From contig NC_052161.1 in assembly GCF_902713615.1 (NCBI RefSeq), positions 114,802,636 through 114,866,635 on the forward strand: a stretch of 64,000 nucleotides of DNA, written 5' to 3'. Positions 49,901 through 60,156 of the stretch are shown here, piece after piece (position 1 is the first letter of the stretch; the number at the start of each line of letters is the position of its first letter). A model generated the notes under the pieces. It was not told the origin of the DNA, did no database searches, and was given only the letters and a program-made list of their open reading frames with translations. The position numbers and the translations under genes were made by a program. The stretch is from Scyliorhinus canicula (taxonomy: Eukaryota).

Positions 49901-52900
49901 TACAAGGCAAGCTAATTGGGTAGGATTTATTAAAAAGTAATTTAAGATGGATGCTGCAGCTAGTAGTACTTTTGTTGACCATCAACCTCACTCCTTAGTC
50001 AGGAATCTTTTCCTTAAAAGAGCAGGAGACACATAAATAGCATCTTGCTTAAAGTTGTACTTCAGTTCAATTGGGAGTCAGTTAGCTCAGTTGGCTCGAC
50101 GGCTGGTTCATGATGCGGAGCGGCACCAACAGTGCATGTTCAATTCCTGTACTGGCTGAGGTTATTCACGAAGGGCCAGCCTCCTCAACTTTGCCCTCGC
50201 CGGACGTATGGTGACCAAAGCCAGCCTACGGTCCTCTAGAACTGTAGCAACATTTACATTTCACTTCAGTTCAATTTACTTCTACTGCTGCAGAATGCCA
50301 CTGCTGCCACCAGAGGTCACTACAGAACTTCCCCACATTGCTTCATCAAAGATAGTTCTGCGGTGCTGATGAGTGCACCGTGATCCTGGATATTGCGATG
50401 CTGATGTCCTGGAACTATTCATCTAACCCCTCCTTGCAATTACACAGAAGTTTCCTTCATTGGAGTTGATCTCACCCAAGGGAATGTGAAAACGGGGAGG
50501 TGGAAGGTGAGGAATAAGTTTTGCTGAAACTGAATGCATTATGTAAAATCTGATGCATTGCAGCAGTACACTCACCAGCCTCCGATTTACCCTCAAGGTC
50601 ACTATCCATGTCAACATCTTCCTCGTCTTCATCTTCCTCATCAGAGTCAGGAACGTCCAAGGGCATCACCTCTTCCTGTTTAAGGACAAAGAAGATGATC
50701 AAATGATAAATTTTAGGGGAAATAATGCTAATTGCCACTATTAACTTCTATCTTAATACATGCATGCCATATAATAATTCGAGGGAGATGAAGAAACATT
50801 ATTCACTGGCCAGCTTCCTTTTAATTCACAACTAATGAAGAGGCAGGGCCTACAGTGTGAGACACCACCAGAGTTGAAATGTGTAGGGACAGAAGGTTAG
50901 GGAAATCAAGTAGCGACACAAAACTTTTGAGACAGATGGGAGGAAGGGAAAATGATAAAAGGAAACTGGAACATTCCTGTCGGATTTAGGTGGGTTTGAC
51001 AAGTGACAGTGGCGCTACCTCAGGTGCTCCAAAAGTTTTCAGTAACTGTTACTCTGGACATCAGTAACTCACAGAACAGGAATTCCAACTAAAAGGCATG
51101 ATTTCACATAAGTAACTATCATGGAAAATAAATCTTACCAGACCTGTATGGGTATGTTTATCTTCCATACCAGCTGTGGCTCACTTGGTACCACTCTCGT
51201 CTGGATTGCAAGATTGTGGGTTCATTTTCAAATCCAGGGAGTAGAGAACAAAATCAACCAGTTTCTTCCATGCAATATTGTGCTACATTGTCACCGGTCT
51301 AATTTCCAGATGAGACATTAAATCTCTCAGATGGGCCAACGGTTTACATACACTATATCAAAATAACATTCCCCAGTGTTCTGGCCAATATTTACCTTCA
51401 ATTAACTAAAACAATTTGCTATCACTATACTGTTTGTGGGATCTTGCTGTGCTACATATCCTAATTACAGTGACTACACTTCAAAAATATTTCATCGTCA
51501 CTGAAGCACTTTTGGACAACTAGAGGTCCTGAAAGGTATATGCGCTTTTCAAATTTAAAAAAATCAGTTGAATCCAGCCATTGCGTCTCAAAGAGGATGC
51601 GTTATAAGATCTTTTGCACAATCACTGACATCAGAGAAACAAATGATAAGATTTTTGATAGCTGTTATCCTCCCCAGGATTCACAGTCAGCCCAATAGAG
51701 TTGGTCACACCCACCTCATCCTCGGAGCCTTCACTTGCATCGTCCAGCATGACTCCATCAGTCAGCAGCTTCTGTAACACAACACGTCACTGTCAACACC
51801 AACAATAAGGATGATTCAGGTTTAAAAAGTCTACAACAGAGAGTAATACAGTAGACTATCTTTTATCCGAAACCCTGGAGCCAATTACGTTTCAGTATTT
51901 GGATATTTTTGAATTTGATACATCTACTGTATAAATGGTAGGTCTAGTCCTAGTTACATTATATCAGTCTAAGTCCAGGTTATCTACCAGTCTCAGAGCA
52001 CAGACCTTCCATGCAAAAAGTCGGGTCTGATCAGTGAGCTTTGTGTTGGCTCATGGCAAGAGTCCATTCAACAAGGGTTTGACTTTCCGATATGTTTGCT
52101 TTTCAGATGAATGGATAAAGGATATTCAATTGTATACTTTTGCTGAAAAATCCCCGGTTTGGCAAATAGATTTGTGTATTCTTTATAGATTACCTGTATA
52201 AAAATGCCTCTCCTCCTCCCAGCCTCCACCCCTCAACAAATAGAGTATTCCCTGGTGGTCAAGACTCATTCGGCCATAACTTCCTCGGAGTGGCAACCAA
52301 CAGCAGATTGCCACTCTGTACCCACTTATCTGCAAATTCTTAAGCATCTGTCTTGCCCGACCTTCCTGACTCAGGCTGAGTGAGATTCCATTAGCAAAGC
52401 ACAACCCACCTCCACCGTCGAAGTATAAAAAAAGCGGAGCAAAGAAGGATACTCTTTCCTTTTTACAGCACTAACTGCTGTAAAGCAGGTGAGTTTAAAT
52501 GTCCCATTGAAGGGAATGTCTAAGGGAAGCAAACGGATGTAGGGGCTCAGACATTGGGAGGGGTGGGGCGGGATCATGTGGCCGATGGGTCATGGGGTGG
52601 TGTCAGCTCCGGTCCAGTTGGTGGGGTGGATCCGGTGTGGGTGGGAGTTGCTTAGTGGGTTGACACATGTGGCTCCGTCTGGGTCTTGAAAATGGTTACA
52701 CTGAAGTTAGATTTCTTCTAACTCTTTCAGAGTAACTATTAATGTAACACTGGCAGCACCATCTGAAGTTAGCGATTTAAATTGTCTTGTCAGATGGTTT
52801 GCAGCGCAATTGTCCAGGGGAAGTTAGTACTTCTACAAAATTGTTGGGTAAACCCTTACCTGGAAACTTCTCAGAGGGCTTCCCAGTGCATCTCTGGGCT

Positions 52901-55900
52901 TCCCCCAAATTCAACACTAGGGAGCCAGGAGGTTAAGGACGATTGTTTTACTTTGGAAAATTGTTGAAAATGCATATATTATGCAGCACGATAGCACAAG
53001 TGGATAGCACTGTGGCTTCACAGCGCCAGGGTCCCAGGTTCGAATCCCTGCTGGGTCACTGTCTGTGCGGAGTCTGCACATTCTCCCCGTGTCTGCGTGG
53101 GTTTCCTCCGGGTGTTCCGGTTTCCTCCCACAGTCCAAAGACGTGCAGGTTAGGTAGATTGGCCATGATAAATTGCCCTTAGTGACCAAAAAGGTTAGGA
53201 GGGGTTATTGGGTTACGGGGATAGGGTGGAAGTGAGTCTTGATGGGCCGAATGGCCTCCTTCTGCACTGTATGTTCTAAAAAGATCACAGAACATACATG
53301 TGCATCTATCTATATATGAAAAATCTGATGTCTGAGCACCCTGTCTTCTAACCATATTTCCTGCGGTTATATTATAGTCACTTTTAAGTCAACTGTCTTA
53401 TAAGAAATTCTAATGTCCATATTTGTCATACTCAACTGCACCCTAATGTGGTGCCGCTTTAGTAATCTGGCCGTGCAGCTCAAAGCTGGTCAATCTGTAT
53501 TGTAGAAAATTTCCTATATCCCAACGGCTTCCCAAATTCCCATAAGTTTTGCTAGGTTTTAATAGGTTAAAACAGAATTTCATTATTGTTCCTCCACCCT
53601 CTTCGGCGTGCTTAACCTGCAGATTGCCCTCGTCTCAATTCCCCCACGAGCAATTCCATGGGAGATTGATTAACATAAAATTGTGCATCCGAATGTAAAA
53701 TATGATTTTCTTGCCTGCAATATCTCAATAGGGTTGTCAGCAATACCTCAAACTCACCTGGAGCTTCTTCTCATGAAATTCATCCACATCATCATTAAAA
53801 TATTCCGAAGAATTCTACAAGGAGAAGAGTAGAAATGAGTGTTTTCTTTTTTTTTTTAAATAATTTTTATTGAAGAAATTTTTCAGAGTACAAACATTTT
53901 AACCCCCCCTACATTTGAATTATATCAAAACAAATAAAATGAGTGTTTTCATGCCAAACAGAACAGCTCCAGTCCCACATTCCACTTAATTGTCATAACG
54001 GCAAGTATGGTAGCTCAACACCTACTCACCCTCAATGTGGTAGCAAACCAAAGAGCAGCGCACTATTAATCATGTCAAGTTCAAACTTGACTGGGTTAGG
54101 ACCCAGTCAATAATTTTAGATGGCCTCAAGTGTAGCAAGCAGCAGGCCAGACAGGAGTGTGGTGGAATAGTCAAGTCTAGAGGTAATAGGGGCAGCACGG
54201 TGGTGCAGTGGATAGCACTGCTGCATCACGCGCTGAGGTCCCAGGTTCGATCCTGGCCCTGGGTCACTGTCCGTGTGGAGTTTCTACATTCTCCCCGTGT
54301 TTGCGTGGGTTTTGCCCCCACAACCCAAAGATGTGCAGGGTAGGTGGATGGGTCACGCTAAATTGCCTCGTAATTGGAAAAACATGAATTGGAATGCTAA
54401 ATGTATTTTTTTTTAAGTCTGGAGGTAATAGAGGTGGCGATGGCATGGTGGCAGGCACTGCTTCCTCACAGCACCTGGGACCCGGGTTCAATTCCAGCCT
54501 TGGGGACTGTGTGGAGTTTGCATGTTCTCCCAGTGTCGGCTTGGCTTACCTCCGGGTGCTCCAGTTTCCTCCCACAGTCCAAAGCTATGCAGGTTAGGTG
54601 AGTTGACCATGCTAAGTTATCTGATTGCCCATTAGCATCCAAAAGATATGCAGATTAGGTGGGGTTATGGGGATAGGGTGGGGGAGTGGGCCTAGGTAGT
54701 GTGCCCTTTCAGATGGTTGGTGCAGACTCGATGGGCTAAATGGCCTCCTTCCGCACTTTAGATATTCTATGATTCTAGGTATTGTTGAGGGTTTCAGCAG
54801 CAAATGAACTGAGGCAGAACAGTCCGGGAATTTTACAGAGGTGGAAATAGGCAGTCTTGCCAATAGCACCAGTATAAGAAACAGTCATCCACCACTGCTC
54901 TCTCTTCCTGTCCCTTAGCCAATTTTATATCCACACCAATACTGTTCCTTTAATCCATGGGCTTTAATTTTGCTAACAAGTCTTTTATCTGGTAGTCAAA
55001 GGCCTTTTGAAAATAAAATAAACATCAACGGCATTGCTCTCATGAAGCATTTTCATTACAGTACTTCTTTGTTTCTGTTGGATTGATGCCATCAACTTAA
55101 ATTACGTACCCTTCCCAGAACATTTAAGGAATATGCTCATCCCTTTCATACTCACAATATTAGGAACTGGATATCTGCTGTATGTCTGAGGGTCATCACT
55201 GTCATTATCCACCTGCTTCAGTTGTTTGGGCTTTCTTCTACCGGACCCCCTTTAAAGTGGACATTAATTTAAAAATAAGGTTACAGAAAACTGTTTCTCT
55301 CTCCACAGATGTTGCCAAACCAGCTGAATATTTCCAGCAGTTTCAATTTAAAAATAAAGCCACAGACAGCTCTGATGGACATCTTCTTATTCCTAAGTAT
55401 AAATACTCTGCTAAAGAAGCTAGTCGATTAGGCGCATTTCTATATTTATATGCTTCTGTGGGATTTTCTGGTTATTTACTTCGAATAAGCATTCGTAGGA
55501 CAGGTGTAGACATTAATTGCAGAATAAAGTCCCCTGTAGTCTTCTGAATATCGAACAAGGGAGTTTGTCCGTGTTGTGGAGCCTACACATTGGAAACTAC
55601 TGGGCAGACTAACTTAAGAGCAGGGAGGCTATGCTGGAATTGTATGAAATATTGGTTAGGCCACAGCTAGAGTACTGTGTGAAGTTTTGGAATCCACATT
55701 ACAGGAGGGATGTAATAGCACTGAAAAGGAGATTTACCAGGATGTTCCCTTGCTGGAGAGTTTTAACTATGAAAAGAGATTGGATAGACTGGGGTAGTTT
55801 TCCTTGAAACAGAGGACACTGAAGAGGGACATGATGAAGATGTATAAAATTAGGAGGGACATGGATAGACAAGAACAAACCTTTTCCCTTGCTGGAAGAA

Positions 55901-56476
55901 TCAATGACCAGGGGTATATATTTAAGGGAGGGATAGGAGGTGCAGAGGGGATGTGAGGAAATGCTTTATCGCCCAGAGGGTGGTGGGATCTGGAACTCAC
56001 TGTCTGAAAGGGCGGTGGAGGCCGGAACCCTCATAACATTTAAGTAGAATTTAGATGTACAGTAACTATCCCAGGGCATACAAGGCTGTGGGCCAAGCGC
56101 TGGAAATAGATAGGAGGTTGTTTCTAACGAGCAGAAGGCCTTTTTCTGTGCTCAATGACCTGAAACTGGTTTCAGGGATAACCATAACTATCGGGGTCAG
56201 GGGGCTTTCATGTCATTAGTCTGAGGTGGACGGATGTGGCCCCTTCAGGGGGACAGAAAGGTCAGTCTCAGCCCCATCCATTTACAGTTAGGATAGGTCG
56301 ACAGCTCCCAGTCTGAACTGGCCAGAAAAGAGCAGCGGAAAAGCCGGAGCTCAGCCGCCCTCCACCAGCCCCAGCCTTTCTTCTTTCCTCTCTCTCTCCC
56401 TCCCCAGCTCTTCGTTCCCATGCCCGGTCTCTTCCTCCCTCTCCCCGCAGCCCATTGCTCACCGCTGGCCCCGCAT
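31852..56476 (-). CDS. UTP3: UTP3 / SAS10 small-subunit processome component (475 aa, 16 coding exons)
   Basis: Sixteen GT-AG exons total 1428 nt with consistent phases. Motifs [100 protein letters not shown]; AATAAA on the minus strand at 31735-31740. Confidence 0.96.
32334..32682 (+). mobile_element. HE1-like SINE (CR1-type tail); a truncated A-tailed copy precedes it at ~32150-32290
   Basis: Head, core and GACTCGATGGGCCGAATGG..TTCTATG tail. Confidence 0.85.
33038..33325 (-). mobile_element. HE1-like SINE (CR1-type tail)
   Basis: Reverse complement of the family consensus. Confidence 0.75.
33345..35250 (-). mobile_element. Old, heavily deleted CR1 (ORF1, EN and RT remnants), with a small TIR element at ~33855-34094
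   Basis: [10 protein letters not shown] (RT), LGDFNYP (EN), GAIVII..VRGT (esterase-like ORF1); inverted ends GGCCTGAATTTT / AAAATTCAGGAC. Confidence 0.6.
35561..35668 (-). CDS. UTP3: UTP3 exon 15
   Basis: [36 protein letters not shown]. Confidence 0.96.
36316..36382 (-). CDS. UTP3: UTP3 exon 14
   Basis: [22 protein letters not shown]; phase 2 in, 0 out. Confidence 0.9.
37776..37876 (-). CDS. UTP3: UTP3 exon 13
   Basis: [33 protein letters not shown]. Confidence 0.92.
38527..38706 (-). CDS. UTP3: UTP3 exon 12
   Basis: [20 protein letters not shown]...QRAEEE. Confidence 0.88.
39086..39182 (-). CDS. UTP3: UTP3 exon 11
   Basis: [32 protein letters not shown]. Confidence 0.96.
40167..40207 (-). 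CDS. UTP3: UTP3 exon 10
   Basis: [13 protein letters not shown]. Confidence 0.92.
40385..41450 (-). mobile_element. Old Tx1/L1-like ORF2 C-terminal remnant
   Basis: Fragments [16 protein letters not shown] and [10 protein letters not shown] are typical of Tx1/L1 ORF2 C-termini. Confidence 0.55.
41528..41599 (-). CDS. UTP3: UTP3 exon 9
   Basis: [24 protein letters not shown]. Confidence 0.93.
42121..42273 (-). CDS. UTP3: UTP3 exon 8
   Basis: AFAQE...[24 protein letters not shown]. Confidence 0.95.
42389..42605 (+). mobile_element. HE1-like SINE, short A/T-rich tail
   Basis: GCAGCACGGTGGTGCAGTGG head; ..ATTGGGTACTCTAAATTT tail. Confidence 0.8.
43333..46548. mobile_element. PIF/Harbinger-like non-autonomous TIR element (MITE) split by a CR1 insertion
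   Basis: TIRs GGGCGGGAATCTC / (rc) GGGTGGGATTCTG; 3-bp TSD CTG (43330-43332 and 46549-46551); GC-rich arms at 43333-43490 and 46094-46548. Confidence 0.7.
43492..46093 (+). mobile_element. Young 5'-truncated CR1 LINE
   Basis: YRPP, GDFN, SDHN (EN); [29 protein letters not shown] (RT); only two in-frame stops (45257 and 45686); tail TCCTATGTCTTATGGTCTTATG. Confidence 0.95.
46706..46827 (-). CDS. UTP3: UTP3 exon 7
   Basis: [40 protein letters not shown]. Confidence 0.94.
47095..48382 (+). mobile_element. 5'-truncated L1-clade LINE
   Basis: ORF2 C-terminal fragments (QFKVVH, CARC..HMFWAC); AATAAA at 48364; 20-bp TSD AAAGAATGTCACCCAGAGAC (47075-47094 and 48383-48402). Confidence 0.93.
48547..48892 (+). 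mobile_element. HE1-like SINE (CR1-type tail)
   Basis: Full head, core and tail. Confidence 0.88.
49688..49762 (-). CDS. UTP3: UTP3 exon 6
   Basis: [24 protein letters not shown]. Confidence 0.95.
50073..50262 (+). mobile_element. tRNA-derived SINE (third family) with a 14-bp TSD
   Basis: A box TAGCTCAGTTGG, B box GTTCAATTCC; TSD ACTTCAGTTCAATT at 50059-50072 and 50263-50276. Confidence 0.75.
50289..50322 (+). promoter_or_regulatory. Candidate CTCF site with upstream motif
   Basis: TGCAG at 50289, 18 nt before the core CCACCAGAGGTCACTA (one mismatch to consensus). Confidence 0.35.
50576..50675 (-). CDS. UTP3: UTP3 exon 5
   Basis: [33 protein letters not shown]. Confidence 0.92.
51715..51771 (-). 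CDS. UTP3: UTP3 exon 4
   Basis: [19 protein letters not shown]; phase 0/0, canonical splice sites. Confidence 0.82.
52983..53278 (+). mobile_element. HE1-like SINE (CR1-type tail)
   Basis: Family head/core and GATGGGCCGAATGGCC..GTTCTA tail. Confidence 0.85.
53758..53814 (-). CDS. UTP3: UTP3 exon 3
   Basis: [19 protein letters not shown]. Confidence 0.92.
53847..53936 (-). mobile_element. Extremely 5'-truncated poly(A) retroelement (L1-type 3' end)
   Basis: AATAAAAATTATTT(A)n on the minus strand, like the 3' end of L1 copy B; 14-bp TSD AAATGAGTGTTTTC (53833-53846 and 53937-53950). Confidence 0.8.
54190..54414 (+). mobile_element. HE1-like SINE, short tail, 17-bp TSD; followed by a CR1-tailed copy at ~54437-54778
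   Basis: TSD AAGTCTAGAGGTAATAG (54173-54189) / AAGTCTGGAGGTAATAG (54415-54431). Confidence 0.85.
55156..55249 (-). CDS. UTP3: UTP3 exon 2
   Basis: [31 protein letters not shown]; phase 2 in, 0 out. Confidence 0.82.
55610..56160 (+). mobile_element. Old CR1 3' fragment
   Basis: Decayed [12 protein letters not shown] and RLDRLG-like coding sequence. Confidence 0.65.
56463..56476 (-). CDS. UTP3: UTP3 coding exon 1 (14 nt)
   Basis: ACC ATG CGG GGC CAG CG|gtgagc; phase 2 fits exon 2. Confidence 0.72.
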
Positions 56477-57393
56477 GGTCTCCAACAGCAACCAGCAGCA
56501 GCCGTTCCCCTCCTTTAACCTCCCCGGACAACAATATGGGTGAAATATAACCGCCCTCCCTTCCCTCCAATGACGAACTCACTTAGGGCCAACGGCTTGA
56601 AACATCAATTGCTTTATTTATTTTGTGTTACTCGCTTGCTGCTTCACCCACAGAGTGCCGCCCCCTCCTCCCCCTCCTCCCCCTCCTCCCCCTCCTCCTC
56701 CTCCTCCTCTCAATTTTCGGATTTAGAGCCTCCTCAACATTTAGGTTGATGTTTCCCTCACTTACCCGGAACGTTTCTGCAGCCGGACAACTTCCGGTAG
56801 GCTAGGGAGTATTCCATTCGCGGTCGAGAGGGGGTGGGAGGAGCAGCCTGCGCGCTATTTCAGAGATCGGAAGGCGCCTGATTTAAAATCGAGCGAAAGC
56901 ATTTGGTTTTATGAGTAACATTTATGTATGTAATGTTGAGGGGACGGATTTTGAGATTTATCTCCATTTGGAAGGGGTCCAGCTGATGAAAAGACCCCCC
57001 CGGGCGGTGTGAATGCACTATGCTGGCTGCCTGGTAACCGGGAGGGGGGAGAGCCGCCGAGGCTCAGTTGTTGTTGTTTTGTCTACAATGGTTGCGTCCT
57101 GTCAGTGCGGCGCCCGCATCGCGCCGAGCAGTAGGGCGCCCGCCAGGGGAATTCTCTCCCTTATTTAATTCACCCACCCACCGGCGCGCGGGGGCCCGAG
57201 CTGCAGACTCTTTGCTCCTTCAGCCTGGCCAGGGTGACGGGGAAGCTGGCTCGGCGGCCCGCGGGGGCAGCTCGGTCTCGGCGCGCCCGGCCCCCGCTCT
57301 GGCCGCGGCGGCAGAAGGGATCGCGCAGGATGAGGACGAGTCGTGGTCCCAGAGCAGCAGGCGTCCGAGGAGCCCGCTGAGCGGTTGCGGGAG
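56477..57393. promoter_or_regulatory. CpG-rich bidirectional promoter / 5' UTR region between UTP3 and the next plus-strand gene
   Basis: High CpG; ETS-type ACTTCCGG at 56790-56797; X-box-like GCTGCCTGGTAAC at 57026-57038; (CCT/CC)n tract at 56661-56711. Confidence 0.6.
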
Positions 57394-57411
57394 ATGGAGA
57401 GTAATGGCGAG
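57394..57411 (+). CDS. Putative first coding micro-exon (MESNGE) of a divergent gene; CCDC30 expected here by synteny
   Basis: Strong Kozak GAGATGG at the end of the CpG island, donor GAG|gtaaag. Identity is inferred from the human order ZMYND12-PPCS-CCDC30, not from sequence. Confidence 0.45.
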
Positions 57412-57466
57412 GTAAAGGTTAAACCGTAATTTCCACACTTTTTTTCCCCCCCGCCCCCATTCCCCT

Positions 57467-57925
57467 CAAATAAAAGCAAAACGCTGCGAAATCTGAAATG
57501 AAAACAGAAAATGCTGGATAAACTCTGGAGCAGGTCTGGCTGGCGGCGCCTGTGCCTCAGTTGTCGAATAAGAGTCGCAAGGACTCGAAATGTGAACCCT
57601 CTTTCTCTCTCCACAGACCTGCTTGTGTTTATCCAGCAATTTCTGCTTCTATTTATCGGCAATTTTTCACTCCTGAAGGTATTGAGTCCCGCTTGAGTAG
57701 GTCGATTCCCCCCTGAGTGGCCAGTCTCTGGATCGAGTGTTGTCAGACCTGTCCCGACCCAAATAAAAACCAAGTACCGGCTGAAAACACTCAGCGACTC
57801 TGGCAGCATTTGTGGAGAGACAAAAACAAATCTAACATTTTGAGTCGGTATGATGTTTCCCCTTATCCAAATTTTGTTTTTATCTCACATCTCCAGCATC
57901 CTCAGTATTTTCTTTTGATTTTACT
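57467..57925. mobile_element. Two Penelope-like family A inverted-arm repeats
   Basis: AAAACAGAAAATGCTGGATAAAC..GCAGGTCTG versus CAGACCTGC..GTTTATCCAGCAATTTCTG; a second decayed pair at 57760-57925. Confidence 0.55.
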
Positions 57926-58347
57926 GTCCTGACCCAGTGTGCACCTTCAAACACAAGTTACTAATAATAGTGATAATGAATTGGAATTCAGATTATTTTG
58001 CTCCTTCCTATGTCACGTCCCCCCATCCAATTGCTGAAATCAATTAAGAGATCACAGATTAAACCTGGCTCACCCGGTTCTGTATGACTGTCAGATACAC
58101 TGTAAACGTTATGGTTTATTTTAACTCCTTTGAATCTCTAAATTTCATAGCAACCAATACATTTTCTGAACCGAGATGGGTTAATATCGCCCAGTGGAAG
58201 AAAAACAGATCCAACTGTGGCAATGCTTCATTGCGTGTTTTTCTGCATGTTGTCACATCACAAATTTCATACTCCTCATTTAAACCATGATCAACCTTGT
58301 CACCTAAAGGGTTGTATAAAACTTTATAACAATTTCAACTATATTAA

Positions 58348-58504
58348 TGATGTGGAGATGCTGGCGTTGGACTGGGGTGAGCACAGTAAGAAGTCTTACA
58401 ACACCAGGTTAAAGTCTGCACCAGTTAAGGCACCTCTTCATTTACCTGAGTAAGGAGCAGCGCTCCAAAAGCTAGTGTTTGAAACAATCCTGTTGGACTT
58501 TAAC
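58348..58504. mobile_element. Penelope-like family B element (inverted arms, hammerhead-like core) truncated by CR1
   Basis: 58348-58416 is the reverse complement of ~19404-19472; 58443-58504 matches 19350-19412. Confidence 0.7.
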
Positions 58505-59607
58505 ATAAGAACTAGGAGCAGGAGTAGGCCATCTGGCCCCTCGAGCCTGCTCCGCCATTCAATGAGATCATGGCTGATCTTTTGTGGACTCAGCTCCACT
58601 TTCCGGTCCGAACACCATAACCCTTAATCCCTTTATTCTTCAAAAAAACTATCTATCTTTACCTTAAAAACATGTAATGAAGGAGCCTCAACTGCTTCAC
58701 TGGGCAAGGAATTCCATAGATTCACAACCCTTTGGGTGAAGAAGTTCCTCCTAAACTCAGTCCTAAATCTACTTCCCCTTATTTTGAGGCTATGTCCCCT
58801 AGTTCTGCTTTCACCCACCAGTGGAAACAACCTGCCCGCATCTATCCTATCTATTCCCTTCATAATTTTAAATATTTCTATAAGGTCCCCCCTCATCCTT
58901 CTAAATTCCAACGAGTACAGTCCCAGTCTACTCAACCTCTCCTTATAATCCAACCCCTTCAGCTCTGGGATTAACCTAGTGAATCTCCTCTGCACACCCT
59001 CCAGTGCCAGTATGTCCTTTCTCAAGTAAGGAGACCAAAACTGAACACAATACTCCAGGTGTGGCCTCACTAACACCTTATACAATTGCAACATAACCTC
59101 CCTAGTCTTAAACTCCACCCCTCTAGCAATGAAGGACAAAATTCCATTTGCCGCCTTAATCACCTGTTGCCCCTGTAAACCAACTTTCTGTGACTCATGC
59201 ACTAGCACACCCAGGTCTCTCTGCACAGCGGCATGCTTAAATATTTTATTGTTTAAATAATAATCCCGTTTGCTGTTATTCCTACCAAAATGGATAACCT
59301 CACATTTGTCAACATTGTATTCCATCTGCCAGACCCTAGCCCATTCACTTAACCTATCCAAATCCCTCTGCAGACTTCCAGTATCCTCTGCACTTTTCGC
59401 TTTACCACTCATCTTAGTGTCATCTGCAAACTTGGACACATTGTCCTTGGTCTCCAACTCCAAATCATCTATGTAAATTGTGAACAATTGTGGGCCCAAC
59501 ACGGATCCCTGAGGGACATCACTAGCTATTGATTGCCAACCAGAGAAACACCCATTAATCCCCACTCTTTGCTTTCTATTAATTAACCAATCCTCTATCC
59601 ATGCTAC
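58502..59607 (-). mobile_element. Young CR1 LINE 3' part, cut by the ERV
   Basis: Open 310-aa ORF2 C-terminus ([22 protein letters not shown]); tail ..CCTAGTTCTTATGTT. Confidence 0.94.
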
Positions 59608-60121
59608 TGAGAATGTGTCTCTAATTCACTTGTCTCTCAGTCCGGAAGAAAGTCTCAAACACGTTCGTACTTTAGAATATTCTTTATTGTGATCGGGGCA
59701 GCCCTCTAGGTATTCCAAAGAAACACCTGTGAGAGTGCCAAAGTTTTGCTCAAAACATCCTGTCTTTATATGTTTTTTAAGGGGCTGTCCCTTACATTCA
59801 CTTGAGCTTGCCCCCATTACAAAGCATAGCTTGTTTTTGCCATAGTTTCGATACATGATTTTACAGACTTTAAAGTTATCTATTGGCACATGAGTATATA
59901 GCAATTTTAGCAAAAACAGCAGGTGTTTAGCCACAGTATCAATGGCTCCCACATTTCATATTCCGTCATCCAGCCATCTTCCTTGTTTCTCAAGGCTATT
60001 CGGCTTACAGTCATGAGTTGGCTCACGAATTCAATAACAACTCCTTTATTTGTAACTTTCCAATAATGTGTCCCATTAATTCTGTCTTGTTCTAGCTATT
60101 AACCCTTGCTTCACATTCTCA
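59608..60121 (-). repeat. ERV 3' LTR (514 bp)
   Basis: TG..CA ends, inverted termini, adjacent PPT, AATAAA on the minus strand near 59683-59688. Confidence 0.88.
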
Positions 60122-60156
60122 TTCCCCCCTTTGATCATTCCATGATCACACAGCCC

